Shown here piece by piece: positions 9,254-20,538 of a stretch of 64,000 bases of DNA. Each line of letters begins with the position of its first letter. Positions within the stretch are counted from its first letter, which is position 1. The notes under the pieces are model-generated. The model had not been told where the DNA came from, did no database searches, and was given only the letters and a program-made list of their open reading frames with translations. Source of the DNA: an uncultured Lachnospiraceae bacterium (GTDB lineage Bacteria > Bacillota > Clostridia > Lachnospirales > Lachnospiraceae); the NCBI GenBank assembly GCA_902799015.1, contig CADBZI010000001.1, positions 54,786 through 118,785 of the forward strand. Direction: 5' to 3'. A program made the translations under genes and the position numbers.

Positions 9254-9718
9254 ATGAAGCACTATGATAAACTGATCTTCGTCAGTGAAAGCGACACCGC
9301 AACAAGCCCGATGGCGGAAGCAATCCTCCAGCAGATCTTCTATCTGGAGGATATCCTGATCACGTCCAAGGGTCTCGTTGTTCTGTTTCCGGAGCCGATT
9401 AATCCAAAGGCGGAAGCGGTTCTGGTCAGTCATTCGCTTTCCATGAAGGATCATATGAGTGAACCGCTCACAGAGGATGACTTTGATGACCGCACTCTGA
9501 TTCTGACGATGGATGCCGGTACCATGAATCATCTCCTGGAAGATCACGAGCATGCGAAGAATGTCTTCACGCTCGCTTCCTACATCCAGGCGGATGAAGA
9601 CATCCCGGATCCGTACGGAGGGAGTCTGGCAGACTATAACAACGTATATGAGCACCTCAAAAACTATGTGCTCCGTCTGTCGAAGATCCTGAGCCTTGAA
9701 GAAAGCCGGCTCCAGTAG
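9254..9718 (+). CDS. LMW-PTP/YwlE-fold protein lacking catalytic Cys and Arg
   Basis: FVSESDTATSPMAE in place of FVCxGNxCRSPMAE; ILTMD and DIPDPYGG retained; ywlE-like position after sua5. Confidence 0.75.
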   Translation: MKHYDKLIFVSESDTATSPMAEAILQQIFYLEDILITSKGLVVLFPEPINPKAEAVLVSHSLSMKDHMSEPLTEDDFDDRTLILTMDAGTMNHLLEDHEHAKNVFTLASYIQADEDIPDPYGGSLADYNNVYEHLKNYVLRLSKILSLEESRLQ

Positions 9719-9805
9719 GATTCCCTGCAATGAATTCCGCAGGTGCAAGGTTAGAAGCAATTCAGCAAGTACCCTGACAAATACCACAATACAAGGAGGC
9801 CTGAC

Positions 9806-10435
9806 ATGTCAAAAGTAATGGTTCTTGATCACCCGCTGATCCAGCATAAGGTTGGCGTTATCCGCAGAAAAGAGGTTGGCACAAAGGATTTCCGTACCAT
9901 CGTTTCCGAGATCGCAGGACTGATGTGCTATGAAGCGACCCGTGATCTTAAAATGATGGATGTCGAGATCGAAACACCGGTCGCAAAGGCAACCGTAAAG
10001 GAACTGACCGGACGCAAGCTGGCAGTCATTCCGATTCTGCGCGCCGGCCTGGGAATGGTGGATGGTGTACTTGCCATGATCCCGGCAGCAAAGGTCGGAC
10101 ACATCGGCCTGTATCGTGATCCTGAAACCCTGGAGCCGGTAGAGTACTACTGCAAGCTCCCGGAGGACTGCGGAGAGCGCGAAGTCTTTGTCGTGGATCC
10201 GATGCTCGCGACCGGCGGCAGTGCCTCCGCTGCGATCACGATGCTGAAGCAGCATGGCTGCAAACACATCCGTGTCATGAATATCATCGCGGCACCGGAA
10301 GGCATTGAACGTCTTCAGAAGGATCATCCCGATGTGGATGTCTACATCGCGGCGCTGGATGATCATCTGAATGATCATGGCTACATTGTTCCCGGACTGG
10401 GAGATGCCGGAGACAGAATTTTCGGAACAAAATAA
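9806..10435 (+). CDS. upp: Uracil phosphoribosyltransferase
   Basis: [27 protein letters not shown]. Confidence 0.97.
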   Translation: MSKVMVLDHPLIQHKVGVIRRKEVGTKDFRTIVSEIAGLMCYEATRDLKMMDVEIETPVAKATVKELTGRKLAVIPILRAGLGMVDGVLAMIPAAKVGHIGLYRDPETLEPVEYYCKLPEDCGEREVFVVDPMLATGGSASAAITMLKQHGCKHIRVMNIIAAPEGIERLQKDHPDVDVYIAALDDHLNDHGYIVPGLGDAGDRIFGTK

Positions 10436-10483
10436 CACATCCCAAAGCAGCCGGATATGCGCCCGGACAGAACGGAGCGGAGT

Positions 10484-10978
10484 ATGAGCGATAAAAGAAA
10501 AGATTATATATCCTGGGATGAATACTTCATGGGGGTAGCGCATCTGGCTGCCTTGCGGTCAAAAGATCCCAACACGCAGGTAGGGGCCTGCATCGTCAGC
10601 ACCGACAACAAGATCCTGTCCATGGGCTACAACGGACTGCCGAATGGATGCTCCGACGACGAGTTCCCCTGGAGCCGCAGCTCCGAGGATGGAAATGAAC
10701 TGGAGACGAAATATCCCTACACCGTCCACAGCGAGCTGAATGCGATCCTGAATTACCGCGGCCCGGGACTCGAAGGGGCCCGGCTGTATGTGACACTGTT
10801 CCCCTGCAACGAATGCGCAAAAGCAGTGATCCAATCCGGAATCCGGACCGTGATCTACGGCGATGACAAATACCGGGATGCCCCGAACAACATCGCCTCC
10901 CTCCGGATGCTCAACGCCGCGGGCGTACGCTGCGTCAGATATCAGCCGACCGGACGCAGGATCGAGATCGAACTGTAA
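10484..10978 (+). CDS. dCMP deaminase
   Basis: RSKDPNTQVGACIV, HSELNA, PCNEC zinc motifs. Confidence 0.92.
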   Translation: MSDKRKDYISWDEYFMGVAHLAALRSKDPNTQVGACIVSTDNKILSMGYNGLPNGCSDDEFPWSRSSEDGNELETKYPYTVHSELNAILNYRGPGLEGARLYVTLFPCNECAKAVIQSGIRTVIYGDDKYRDAPNNIASLRMLNAAGVRCVRYQPTGRRIEIEL

Positions 10979-11112
10979 CGCGATGCAAAAAGCAGAAACA
11001 CGCTTATATTATGAAAGACTCCGGGCTTACCAAAGCCCGGAGTCTTATCATACATCCTGATCATCAAAAAATAGTCCCGCAGGAACAGAGGCATCCCCGC
11101 AAACCACATTTT

Positions 11113-13182
11113 TTACAGTGGCCACAAACCAGACCACCAGTCCGCAATCTTATCCCAAAGGGTTGGTGCCTTCAGTTCCTCTCCATAGCGGTCACACTGG
11201 TATGCTTCCGCGTTCGCGCCTCCCTCATCATACGCCAGATGATAATAGTGCGTATCCAGATGAATGCCGCGGACGCCATCGATCATACAATGCGGCTGAA
11301 TCTTGATCCGGCCGTTGAACGCCTTCTCCGTCGGTATCTTGATTCGGACCACATGTACACCCGGCTCCTCCTCTACGGAATCGGACCATGAAACATAATC
11401 CTTATTGTTTACCAGGTAGCCGTACATATGCATCGAGACGTGGAAGCTGTCAACCTCATCACTTGTCACGTTTTTCAGCACCATCGTGATGGTCTGCGTC
11501 TGCGGATCATAATCCTTATACTCGATGTCCGCGGAGACCTCCTGCAGATTCGACTGCTCATCCATCCACTTGGACGCCTTCTGCAGCTCTGTATTCACAT
11601 ACTCCAGTCCGTCGCGTTCCACAAGCGTGTCCTCCGAAGAGAACAGGTTGGTTCCCAGTCCGAGACGGTTTCCTTCAATCTGCACGCCAAGCGCCGCAAG
11701 CGTGGTCGGGAAGTTGTCGATCGTAGCATATTCTCTGTAATCGGTTCTTTCCGGCTCGACTGCCGCATTGATGTAGGCGGTATAAACCTTCCTCTGGTAG
11801 TCGTAGGACGCGGAGGAGCAGAATTCCTTGTTCATGGTCGGATGGTCGCCGGACAGGATGATCGTTGTATTCTCATACCACGGCTGTGCCTGGCACCATT
11901 CGACGAAATCCGCGACCTGATTGTCCGAGCACTTGATGACATTTGCATACTGCTCTTCATATTCATCGCCGCACAGATCACAGATGTATCCGTTCGGATA
12001 ATGCGTGTCAACCGTCAGCAGAGTGAAGTCAAACGGCTCGTCTTCCGAACCGAGCTGCGTCAGACGGTCCTTCGCAAAGGTAAACAGCTTCTCATCCTCG
12101 AATCCCCACCAGACTTTATAATCGGAGGGAAGCTCGCCATCGGTCGTGTAGTATTTCCAGTCGTAGAAATCATACCCGCCATGCTCCGAGAAGCACAGAC
12201 GTCTTCCGCCGAAGGTCGCGTCGGATCCGAAGCTCATCTCCATGTTGTAGCCCTCAGACTCCAGGATGTCTCCCAGGCAGGTCAGATCCGAGAAGAAGGA
12301 GGTCTGTGTGTTCATGAAGTTGGTTCCGACGCCCTTGAGCTCAAGCGGAATCTTCAGAGGCAATCCGCTTGTGGCAGCGAACATGCCGCCCATGGTCCAG
12401 GTCGTATACTTGAGGGAATTGCCACCGTCCAGAACCGACTTGTCCGAGCCGGAGAAGTTCTCATTTTCCTCAGAGATCTTTGTCAGGCGCGGAATGTAAT
12501 TGGTGTCAAACAGACCTCCGCTTTTCTTGTCGGAATAGGATACTTCCATCGATTCCAGGAAGATGTAGATCAGATTGCGCTTCTTTTCCGGGAAGGTAAG
12601 CTGTACCGAGGCCGGTGCCACATAATTGTCTTCGATCCACGTCGAATCCTCTCCCAGAGAACTGAGGTGCTCGGAAACGCCCAGCTTATTCCACAGGCCG
12701 ACGATCTGAATCATTCCGAATACTACGGCAATGACCGCACAGACCGGCAACAGCCAGGTGCGCAGAAGCTTTCTTGCCTTCGTATCCTTCTTCGCGGCAT
12801 CCTTCCGGAGCGTGTCCTCCATCTCAGGGGTCAGTTCAGCCGGAACATACGTCTTCCCGCCGTCCTCTCCTTTTACTTTCCTTCCCTTCGGAGGCTGCTT
12901 TTTTAAAAGGAAGACATGTTCGATGATCATCAGCACCGCCAGGATCACAACACCCGGCACAACCGCGTACAGGATAAAGCTCCAGATGATTCCGGAATCC
13001 GTCCCGTTCAGAGGCTGCGTCATCGTAAAGATTACCTCATCCAGCGTCAGGTCTCCCCACTCATTTAATACCCACTGGGCAGCACGCCCCGCGATCACAA
13101 AGAAGGTAATCGCAAAATAAAGAAGAAAACGGATCACCTTTTTCCGTGTCTTCTCTCTAGTAAATGTTGTATTCTCGCCCAT
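11113..13182 (-). CDS. LTA synthase / phosphoglycerol transferase (sulfatase fold)
   Basis: N-terminal TMs; LESME, WT, TVDTH, GDH metal and nucleophile motifs. Confidence 0.85.
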   Translation of the reverse strand: MGENTTFTREKTRKKVIRFLLYFAITFFVIAGRAAQWVLNEWGDLTLDEVIFTMTQPLNGTDSGIIWSFILYAVVPGVVILAVLMIIEHVFLLKKQPPKGRKVKGEDGGKTYVPAELTPEMEDTLRKDAAKKDTKARKLLRTWLLPVCAVIAVVFGMIQIVGLWNKLGVSEHLSSLGEDSTWIEDNYVAPASVQLTFPEKKRNLIYIFLESMEVSYSDKKSGGLFDTNYIPRLTKISEENENFSGSDKSVLDGGNSLKYTTWTMGGMFAATSGLPLKIPLELKGVGTNFMNTQTSFFSDLTCLGDILESEGYNMEMSFGSDATFGGRRLCFSEHGGYDFYDWKYYTTDGELPSDYKVWWGFEDEKLFTFAKDRLTQLGSEDEPFDFTLLTVDTHYPNGYICDLCGDEYEEQYANVIKCSDNQVADFVEWCQAQPWYENTTIILSGDHPTMNKEFCSSASYDYQRKVYTAYINAAVEPERTDYREYATIDNFPTTLAALGVQIEGNRLGLGTNLFSSEDTLVERDGLEYVNTELQKASKWMDEQSNLQEVSADIEYKDYDPQTQTITMVLKNVTSDEVDSFHVSMHMYGYLVNNKDYVSWSDSVEEEPGVHVVRIKIPTEKAFNGRIKIQPHCMIDGVRGIHLDTHYYHLAYDEGGANAEAYQCDRYGEELKAPTLWDKIADWWSGLWPL

Positions 13183-13373
13183 TTCTTACCTCTCCAGAAA
13201 ACAATCTATACCGGAGACTTTTGTGAGGTGCGGCGCTTTCGCCCGCAGAAAAGTCTGAAAAGCCGAAAGGCATTATATCAGTTTCATTTCCCTTACTCAA
13301 CAGAATCTTCCGAAAATTCACAAACTTTTTCATAATGAAAAATCTTCATGGGTATGCTATGATAACCCACATC

Positions 13374-13817
13374 ATGGATAGAATCAGATATTATTATCAG
13401 AAATACCGCGAGCTCATCGTCTACTTTATCACAGGCGTTCTCACCACCCTGGTGAACTGGGGATGCTATGCTGTGTGCGTGCGGATGTTCGGCTGGAGCG
13501 TTGCCGTGTCAAATGCCGTCGCGTGGGTCGTCGCTGTGCTCTTTGCCTATGTCACGAACAAGCTTTGGGTGTTTCGCAGCTTCAGCTGGGAGATCCGGTT
13601 TGTGCTGCGCGAGGCGTTTCTTTTTGTCAACGCCAGGATCCTCACAGGAATCTTTGAAATCGTCAGTGTTCCGCTGCTCGTGAAGCTCGGTCTCAGTCAG
13701 CCGCTGTTTGGCGTGAAAGGGATGTGGGCCAAGGTTCTGGTGAGCGTGGTTGTCATGGTATTGAACTATGTATTCTCCAAGCTGATTGTGTTCCGGAAGT
13801 CTTCAGATAAAGCCTGA
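13374..13817 (+). CDS. GtrA family membrane protein (start uncertain)
   Basis: YFITGVLTTLVN...FAYVTNKLWVF...NYVFSKLIVF pattern, four TMs. Confidence 0.85.
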   Translation: MDRIRYYYQKYRELIVYFITGVLTTLVNWGCYAVCVRMFGWSVAVSNAVAWVVAVLFAYVTNKLWVFRSFSWEIRFVLREAFLFVNARILTGIFEIVSVPLLVKLGLSQPLFGVKGMWAKVLVSVVVMVLNYVFSKLIVFRKSSDKA

Positions 13818-13894
13818 CAGAAAAGGCTTAGCCGCAGGAAAGACGGCGGCTGTTTTTCTGTCAGAGAACTGTGCAAAATGAGAAAGGTGTGCAT

Positions 13895-14803
13895 ATGCTC
13901 AGCGTCGTAATTCCTGCCTATAATGAGGAACAGATGGTCCAAAAGTGCGCCGGTGTGCTCGACGGTCTTCTTTCCGCAGAGCATATTCCGTATGAGCTGA
14001 TCTTTGTGGACGACGGGTCCAAGGACGGTACCTGGGGCAGAATCTGCGCGGCACACGCAGAGAATGAAGCAGTGCGGGGCATTCATTTTTCCCGCAATTT
14101 CGGAAAAGAGGCGGCAATCTTCGCAGGACTGTCCGAAGCGCACGGCGCATGTGCCGCGGTGATGGACTGTGATCTGCAGCATCCGCCCCGGACGCTGGTG
14201 GAGATGTATCGCCGGTGGGAAGAGGGGTACGAAGTTGTAGAAGGGATCAAGCGCACCCGCGGTAAGGAGTCCGCCGCGCACAAGGCTGCGGCCGGAATCT
14301 TCTACCGGATTATGTCAAGTGCGGTTAAGATCGATATGTCGCGTGCATCCGACTTCAAGCTCCTGGACCGGAAGGCCGTGAACAGTCTGCTGGATATGCC
14401 GGAGCGAAATGCATTCTTCCGCGCCATGAGTTCCTGGATCGGATTCCGTCAGACCCAGGTGGAATTCGACGTGCAGGAGCGGGAAGTCGGCGAATCGAAA
14501 TGGTCTACCCGCAAGCTGATCGCCTATGCCATCCGCAATATCGTCGGCTATTCGACCGCGCCCATGCAGTTCGTGACTGGCGCCGGAATCGCCGTGTTTG
14601 TGCTTGCGATCGTGCTGGGGATTCAGACGCTGGTGAAGTACTGCACCGGGCATGCGGTGGAAGGCTTCACAACGGTCATACTCCTGATTCTCCTGATCGG
14701 GAGCATCATCATGATCTCTCTGGGGATCATCGGATACTACATCGCCCGGATCTACGAGGAGACGAAGGGGCGGCCCCGGTATATCATCTCAAGAAAGCTC
14801 TGA
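13895..14803 (+). CDS. GT2 polyisoprenyl-phosphate glycosyltransferase (GtrB-like)
   Basis: SVVIPAYNEE, VDDGSKDGT, SRNFGKE, DCDLQHPP, two C-terminal TMs, RPRYII. Confidence 0.92.
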   Translation: MLSVVIPAYNEEQMVQKCAGVLDGLLSAEHIPYELIFVDDGSKDGTWGRICAAHAENEAVRGIHFSRNFGKEAAIFAGLSEAHGACAAVMDCDLQHPPRTLVEMYRRWEEGYEVVEGIKRTRGKESAAHKAAAGIFYRIMSSAVKIDMSRASDFKLLDRKAVNSLLDMPERNAFFRAMSSWIGFRQTQVEFDVQEREVGESKWSTRKLIAYAIRNIVGYSTAPMQFVTGAGIAVFVLAIVLGIQTLVKYCTGHAVEGFTTVILLILLIGSIIMISLGIIGYYIARIYEETKGRPRYIISRKL

Positions 14804-14919
14804 TTCAAATACACCACCGGCGTACTTGCGCCCGACTGAGCGGTCTCTTTATCGGTTTAGCGGCTTTCCACCGCGCGGCAGGCGTTTTTTTCAAGAGCGC
14901 CTCCGCCGGGCATCCGGTT

Positions 14920-15651
14920 TCACAGCGCATATCCAAGATGACGCCTGGCCCCGGAAAGACGTTCTGCAAACACTTCGTAGAAGTCATCCACATTCCAGTC
15001 ACACAGATAAAACTGCTGCAGCAGATAGACGCAGATCTGATTGCGCAGCCTGCCCTGTGGATCACTGCCCTCCAGGATCCGGCGCGCCGCCGCGAGCAGA
15101 TGATGCCAGTCGCGGCAAAAGTCTTCATAGGCAGCAAGGTTCGGGATACCGAGCCATTTTTTTACTTTGATCTTGGTTCCGTTGCAGTGGGTGCACTCGT
15201 TGACCTGAAGAATGTACCGGAAATCACCGTTCTCCCAGCTGCGCCCAAGCGGGTACAGGCGGCAGATGCCGGGGCGGAACGCATGGATGGTGCAGCGTGC
15301 GTCTTCTCCCAGATAGGGACAGACCATGGGCTCTTCCTGCTTTGCTTGCTGCGGCGCAGCATCCCGCGGCTGTCCTCCTGCCCCCTGCTCCGTCTCCTTC
15401 ACCAGCTTCAGCACCGGCAGGATGAGTCCATCGATCACCTTCAGCTCGATGGTGTCGTTCAGCAGCTCTTCGAAGCTCTGACCGAGAAAACGATTCAGCT
15501 CAAAGACATCCAGCGGATCCAGTACGATCACCGGGCCCATCCGGCAGCAATCCGCACAGCCCCTGCAGTCATCCGTTCCGATCTTCACAAGGTCATTTGC
15601 CGTGTAAAGCCGTCCGTCAGACAGCTCTTCCACAGATTCTTCCCGCCACAT
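14920..15651 (-). CDS. YkgJ family cysteine-cluster protein
   Basis: CRGCADCC, CPYL...CTIH..RP..CRLYP. Confidence 0.8.
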   Translation of the reverse strand: MWREESVEELSDGRLYTANDLVKIGTDDCRGCADCCRMGPVIVLDPLDVFELNRFLGQSFEELLNDTIELKVIDGLILPVLKLVKETEQGAGGQPRDAAPQQAKQEEPMVCPYLGEDARCTIHAFRPGICRLYPLGRSWENGDFRYILQVNECTHCNGTKIKVKKWLGIPNLAAYEDFCRDWHHLLAAARRILEGSDPQGRLRNQICVYLLQQFYLCDWNVDDFYEVFAERLSGARRHLGYAL

Positions 15652-15784
15652 ACCGCTTAATTCCTTTCCCTGCGATTTCCCGCAGCAGCTCCGTCAGACA
15701 GAGGACAACAAAACCTGTGTCCCGCCGCACAGTGACAGGCTGTGCCGGAACACAGGTTTTGCATCGATATCTCAGGACACCTGC

Positions 15785-17200
15785 TTACTGCTCCGCCTTC
15801 AAAAACGCTACATATGCATTTCTTGCTTCATACAGATCCGATTTGCTCGTAACCTCCATCGGCGCATGCATGTTCAGAACCGCGACACCCGCGTCTACGA
15901 CGTTCATGCCGTACAGCGCGCTGATGTAAGCGATGGTTCCGCCGCCTCCGATGTCAACCTTACCGAGCTCGGCGGTCTGGAACGCGACGTCCGCATCATC
16001 CATCACACGTCTGACCCATGCAAAATACTCCGCGTTCGCATCGTTGCTTCCGGACTTTCCGCGGGATCCGGTGTACTTATTGTACACAATTCCGTGTCCG
16101 AAGTAAGCCGAATTCTTCTTCTCATAGGCATCCGCATACAGCGGGTCAAATGCCGCTGATACATCAGAAGACAGCATGCGGGAGGAGGACAGCGCTCTGC
16201 GCAGCTTCAGGTCAGAATACTGCCCGCAGCAATTCATCAGCTCCGCAACGGCATTTTCAAAGAAATGGCTCTGCGCGCCGGTTGCTCCGACCGATCCGAT
16301 CTCTTCCTTGTCGGTCAGCAGGCAGCAGGCTGTGTATTCCGGGTTCTCCACCTTCAAAAAGGCATCGAGCGAGGTAAATGCGCAGACTCTGTCGTCCTGG
16401 CCATATCCGGCAACCATGCTGCGGTCAAAGCCCAGGTCACGCGCCGCGCCGGCCGGGACAATCTCCAGCTCCGCGGAGAGGAAGTCATCCTCTTCCATAT
16501 CATACTGCTCCTTCAGGATCGCGAGCGTGTTCTGAAGAACCGGATCCTTCTTCGCGTCACTGTCATCGCTCTTCTTCGCATCCTTCTCCAGCTTCAGCGG
16601 GCGGGAGCCCACGAGCAGGTCGAGGTTCTCACCGGTGATCGCGTCTGCCAGATTCTTCGCCATCTGGTCCTTTGACAGATGAATCAGAAGATCCGTTACG
16701 CAGAAGACCGGATCCTTGCTGTCTTCCCCGATTCTGACGTCGGTCACGGTGCCGTCCTTCTTCGCCACAACGCCGTGGATCGCCAGCGGGATCGTTGTCC
16801 ACTGATATTTCTTCACACCGCCATAGTAATGCGTATCAAGAAATGTCATTTCCGTATTCTCATACAGCGGCACCTGCTTGAGATCCAGCCTCGGAGAATC
16901 AATGTGTGCACCCAGGATGCGGAGTCCCTGTTCGATCGGTTTCGATCCGACGGTAAACAGTGCTACTGTCTTCTTCATCCAGACCGCGTAGACCTTGTCG
17001 CCGCTCTTCAGGGATTCGCCCCCGGCGATGACCTCATCCAGATCACGCCAGCCTGCCTTGCGGGCACGCTTTGTGATCTCCACCACCGCCTCGCGCTCTG
17101 TCTTCGCAGTATTCAGAAAATCCTTGTAATCTTCTGCAAGCGCATGCAGATCCTTCAGCTGTTCCTCCGTGTACGTTGTCCATCTGTTTTCTTTTCTCAT
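15785..17200 (-). CDS. M18 family aminopeptidase
   Basis: AHIDSPRLD, GQDDRVC, DKEEIGS, GGGGTI, MHAP motifs. Confidence 0.9.
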   Translation of the reverse strand: MRKENRWTTYTEEQLKDLHALAEDYKDFLNTAKTEREAVVEITKRARKAGWRDLDEVIAGGESLKSGDKVYAVWMKKTVALFTVGSKPIEQGLRILGAHIDSPRLDLKQVPLYENTEMTFLDTHYYGGVKKYQWTTIPLAIHGVVAKKDGTVTDVRIGEDSKDPVFCVTDLLIHLSKDQMAKNLADAITGENLDLLVGSRPLKLEKDAKKSDDSDAKKDPVLQNTLAILKEQYDMEEDDFLSAELEIVPAGAARDLGFDRSMVAGYGQDDRVCAFTSLDAFLKVENPEYTACCLLTDKEEIGSVGATGAQSHFFENAVAELMNCCGQYSDLKLRRALSSSRMLSSDVSAAFDPLYADAYEKKNSAYFGHGIVYNKYTGSRGKSGSNDANAEYFAWVRRVMDDADVAFQTAELGKVDIGGGGTIAYISALYGMNVVDAGVAVLNMHAPMEVTSKSDLYEARNAYVAFLKAEQ

Positions 17201-17478
17201 TGAGCGTGTGTCCCCTTCCTGTCCTCTTATCGTCAATCGGCATCCCTGGCCGAATTCAGTACTGCTGCTCAGCAGGATTTTGGTTATCCCTCCGGCTGAG
17301 TCGTACTGTAGGTATACACCAGTCAGCGCTTTTTTTCAAGGCGCACGAGATATTGTTGACTATATGGTGGGTTGGGTGTAGAATCGCCGGCATATGACAT
17401 AAGTCGAGGAATGAATTAGAAATAGGAAATGATTCGGCGCGGATATGGGGTGCCGAATTCCACACAGAAGGAACGAGT

Positions 17479-19320
17479 ATGCGAAGAGAAGATATCCGAA
17501 ATGTTGCAATCATTGCCCACGTTGACCATGGCAAGACGACGCTTGTCGACTGCCTGCTGCATCAGAGCGGTGTGTTCCGTGAGAACCAGTCGGTAGCGGA
17601 GCGCGTGATGGACTCCGGCGACCTGGAGCGCGAGAGAGGCATCACGATTCTGTCCAAGAATACTGCCGTTTCCTACAACGGCACAAAGATCAATATTGTT
17701 GACACACCCGGCCATGCGGATTTCGGCGGCGAGGTTGAGCGTGTCCTGAAGATGGTGAACGGCGTCATCCTGGTGGTGGATGCATTTGAAGGACCCATGC
17801 CGCAGACCCGTTTTGTTACGCAGAAGGCACTGGCGCTGGATCTTCCCTTCATCGTCTGCGTGAACAAGATCGACCGCCCCGGCGCGCGTCCGGACGAGGT
17901 CGTGGATGAGACCCTTGAGCTTTTGATGGATCTGGATGCCTCGGATGAGCAGCTCGACTGTCCCTTCGTGTATGCCTCCGCAAAGGAAGGCTACGCGCTG
18001 AGCGATCTCGGGGACGAACCGAAGGATATGTCTCCGCTCTTTGAGACCATCCTCAGCCATATCCCGGCTCCGGAGGGCGAGGAGGACGGCCCGCTGCAGA
18101 TGCTGATCTCCACGATCGACTACAATGAGTACGTCGGACGCATCGGGATCGGCAAGATTGACCGCGGCACGATCCGCGTGAATCAGGACGCCCAGCTGGT
18201 GAATCATCACGATTCTTCCAAGAAGGAAAAGGTCCGCATTACGAAGCTGTACGAATTCGACGGACTGAAAAAGGTTCCCGTGCAGGAAGCAACAATCGGT
18301 TCGATCGTTGCCCTGTCCGGCATCGAGGATCTGCACATCGGCGATACCGTCTGCGCGCCGGACGCGCCGGACGCAATCGCATTTCAGAAGATTGAAGAGC
18401 CGACGATCTCGATGAATTTCTGCGTCAATGACAGTCCGCTTGCGGGACAGGAAGGAAAATACATCACCTCCCGTCATATCCGCGACCGGCTGTATCGCGA
18501 ACTGAACACCGACGTTTCCCTGCGGGTGGAGGACACCCAGGACACCGATACCTTCAAGGTCTCGGGACGCGGCGAGCTTCACCTGTCCGTCCTGATCGAG
18601 ACCATGCGCCGGGAGGGCTATGAATTCGCCGTTTCCAAGGCAGAGGTGATCTACAAGACCGACGACCGCGGCAGAAAGCTGGAGCCGATGGAGATCGCCT
18701 ATGTCGACGTGCCGGATGAATTCTCCGGAACGGTGATTCAGAAGCTCTCGCTCAGAAAGGGTGAGCTGCAGGGCATGGGCCGCACGATGGACGGCCGCAC
18801 ACGCCTGGAATTCCAGATCCCGTCACGCGGTCTGATCGGATTCCGAAACGACTTTATGACCGATACGAAGGGAACCGGTATCATCAATACCATCTTCGAA
18901 GGTTATGCACCGTTCAAGGGCGAGATGGCCTATCGCCAGCAGGGAAGCCTGATCTCCTTTGAGACCGGCGTCGCCGTCGCCTACGGCCTGTTTAACGCGC
19001 AGGACCGCGGCACACTCTTCGTGGAGCCCGGCGACAAGGTATATTCCGGCATGGTCATCGGCCAGAGCGGCAAGAGCGAAGACATCGAGCTGAATGTCTG
19101 CAAGACCAAGCACCTGACCAACACGAGAGCATCCGGTTCGGATGACGCGCTGAAGCTGGTTCCCGCCAGAAAGCTTTCTCTCGAACAGGCCATTGAGTTC
19201 ATCGACGCGGATGAGCTGCTCGAGATTACGCCGGAGTCGTTCCGGATCCGCAAGAAGATTCTGGATCCGCTCAAGCGCAAGAGAGCGATGATCTCCAAGC
19301 AGCAAAAAGCAGAAAACTGA
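17479..19320 (+). CDS. typA: Translational GTPase TypA/BipA
   Basis: AHVDHGKTT, ERGITILSK, DTPGH, GRGELHL. Confidence 0.97.
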   Translation: MRREDIRNVAIIAHVDHGKTTLVDCLLHQSGVFRENQSVAERVMDSGDLERERGITILSKNTAVSYNGTKINIVDTPGHADFGGEVERVLKMVNGVILVVDAFEGPMPQTRFVTQKALALDLPFIVCVNKIDRPGARPDEVVDETLELLMDLDASDEQLDCPFVYASAKEGYALSDLGDEPKDMSPLFETILSHIPAPEGEEDGPLQMLISTIDYNEYVGRIGIGKIDRGTIRVNQDAQLVNHHDSSKKEKVRITKLYEFDGLKKVPVQEATIGSIVALSGIEDLHIGDTVCAPDAPDAIAFQKIEEPTISMNFCVNDSPLAGQEGKYITSRHIRDRLYRELNTDVSLRVEDTQDTDTFKVSGRGELHLSVLIETMRREGYEFAVSKAEVIYKTDDRGRKLEPMEIAYVDVPDEFSGTVIQKLSLRKGELQGMGRTMDGRTRLEFQIPSRGLIGFRNDFMTDTKGTGIINTIFEGYAPFKGEMAYRQQGSLISFETGVAVAYGLFNAQDRGTLFVEPGDKVYSGMVIGQSGKSEDIELNVCKTKHLTNTRASGSDDALKLVPARKLSLEQAIEFIDADELLEITPESFRIRKKILDPLKRKRAMISKQQKAEN

Positions 19321-19383
19321 GTCAAAAGAGGCAGCCCATCAGAAAAGATGCGGCTGCCTTTCTTTCGCTTCTTTGTTCCGCTG

Positions 19384-20412
19384 TCAGATCTTCTTCTTCG
19401 CGTCTTCCAGCACCTCAATCACCCGGTCACACCAACTGTCGAATTCCGGATCCTCCACCCGGCACTCCGGATGAGAAAGAATATAATCGACAGCGAGCCT
19501 TGCGCCCTGGTCAAACCGTACCGTCGTCCTCATATCGGGAACCGCCCGCTTCAGCTTGCTGTTGTCAAATACCACAGACGCGGCTTTGTCACCGATGAGG
19601 CTTCCCTCCAGATCATACGCATACTTCTCTCCCGCTGCGCTCAGGAACTCGGAAGAGACATGATACGCATTCAGTTCCACGCCCAGCGCATCCGCGATGG
19701 TCTGATAGATCTGATTCCATGTCAGGGTCTCATCTCCGGTAATCTGAAATGCTTCTCCGATGGCATGACGGTTTCCCATCAGTCCGGTGTATCCAATCGC
19801 GAAATCCTTGTTGAAGGTCAGCGTCCAGAGAGATGTTCCGTCGCCGTGAATGATGACCGGTCTGCCCTCCATCATCCGCTTCAGCACCTGATAGGAGCCC
19901 TTCTTTCCATGTACGCCGAGCGGGATCTTTCTCTCATCGTAGGTATGGCTCGGCCTGACAATCGTAACCGGAAATGCTTCCGTGCGGTACTTCTCCATCA
20001 GGTATTCCTCGCAGGCGATCTTATTTCTCGAGTATTCCCAGTACGGATTCGCCAAGGATGTGCCCTCCGTAATCCTGTAATCCCCCGCCGGTTTGTGATA
20101 CGCAGACGCGGAACTGGTGAAAATGTACTGCCGGGTCCGTCCGGTGAACAGCCTTACATCCCGCTCCACGTGGGACACCTCGAAGCCAATGAACTCACAC
20201 ACGGAGTCGAAGACCATCCCGTCAATCTTTTTCCGCACGTTCTCCTCGTCGTTGATGTCCGCGGTGATTGCATGGACGCCTTCCGGAAGTGCGTCATTTC
20301 TGCTTCCGCGGTTCAGCACCCATACCTCCCAGGCGCCGGATTCCATCAGCCGTTTCACGATCGCTGTGCTGATCGTACCTGTACCGCCGATAAACAAAGC
20401 TCTCTTTTTCAT
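19384..20412 (-). CDS. NAD-dependent epimerase/dehydratase (extended SDR)
   Basis: IGGTGTIS Rossmann motif, YSRNK catalytic motif. Confidence 0.85.
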   Translation of the reverse strand: MKKRALFIGGTGTISTAIVKRLMESGAWEVWVLNRGSRNDALPEGVHAITADINDEENVRKKIDGMVFDSVCEFIGFEVSHVERDVRLFTGRTRQYIFTSSASAYHKPAGDYRITEGTSLANPYWEYSRNKIACEEYLMEKYRTEAFPVTIVRPSHTYDERKIPLGVHGKKGSYQVLKRMMEGRPVIIHGDGTSLWTLTFNKDFAIGYTGLMGNRHAIGEAFQITGDETLTWNQIYQTIADALGVELNAYHVSSEFLSAAGEKYAYDLEGSLIGDKAASVVFDNSKLKRAVPDMRTTVRFDQGARLAVDYILSHPECRVEDPEFDSWCDRVIEVLEDAKKKI

Positions 20413-20538
20413 GTTTTCTCCTCCCATAACGGAATATTGCAAGTTGACTCACTGTCCCCGGGTGCCGATTTTGTAATCTCGCTTTCGTCTGTTCCATCCG
20501 GATGGCCGCTTTATCGGCTTTCTACTGGGCAGAGTCTC

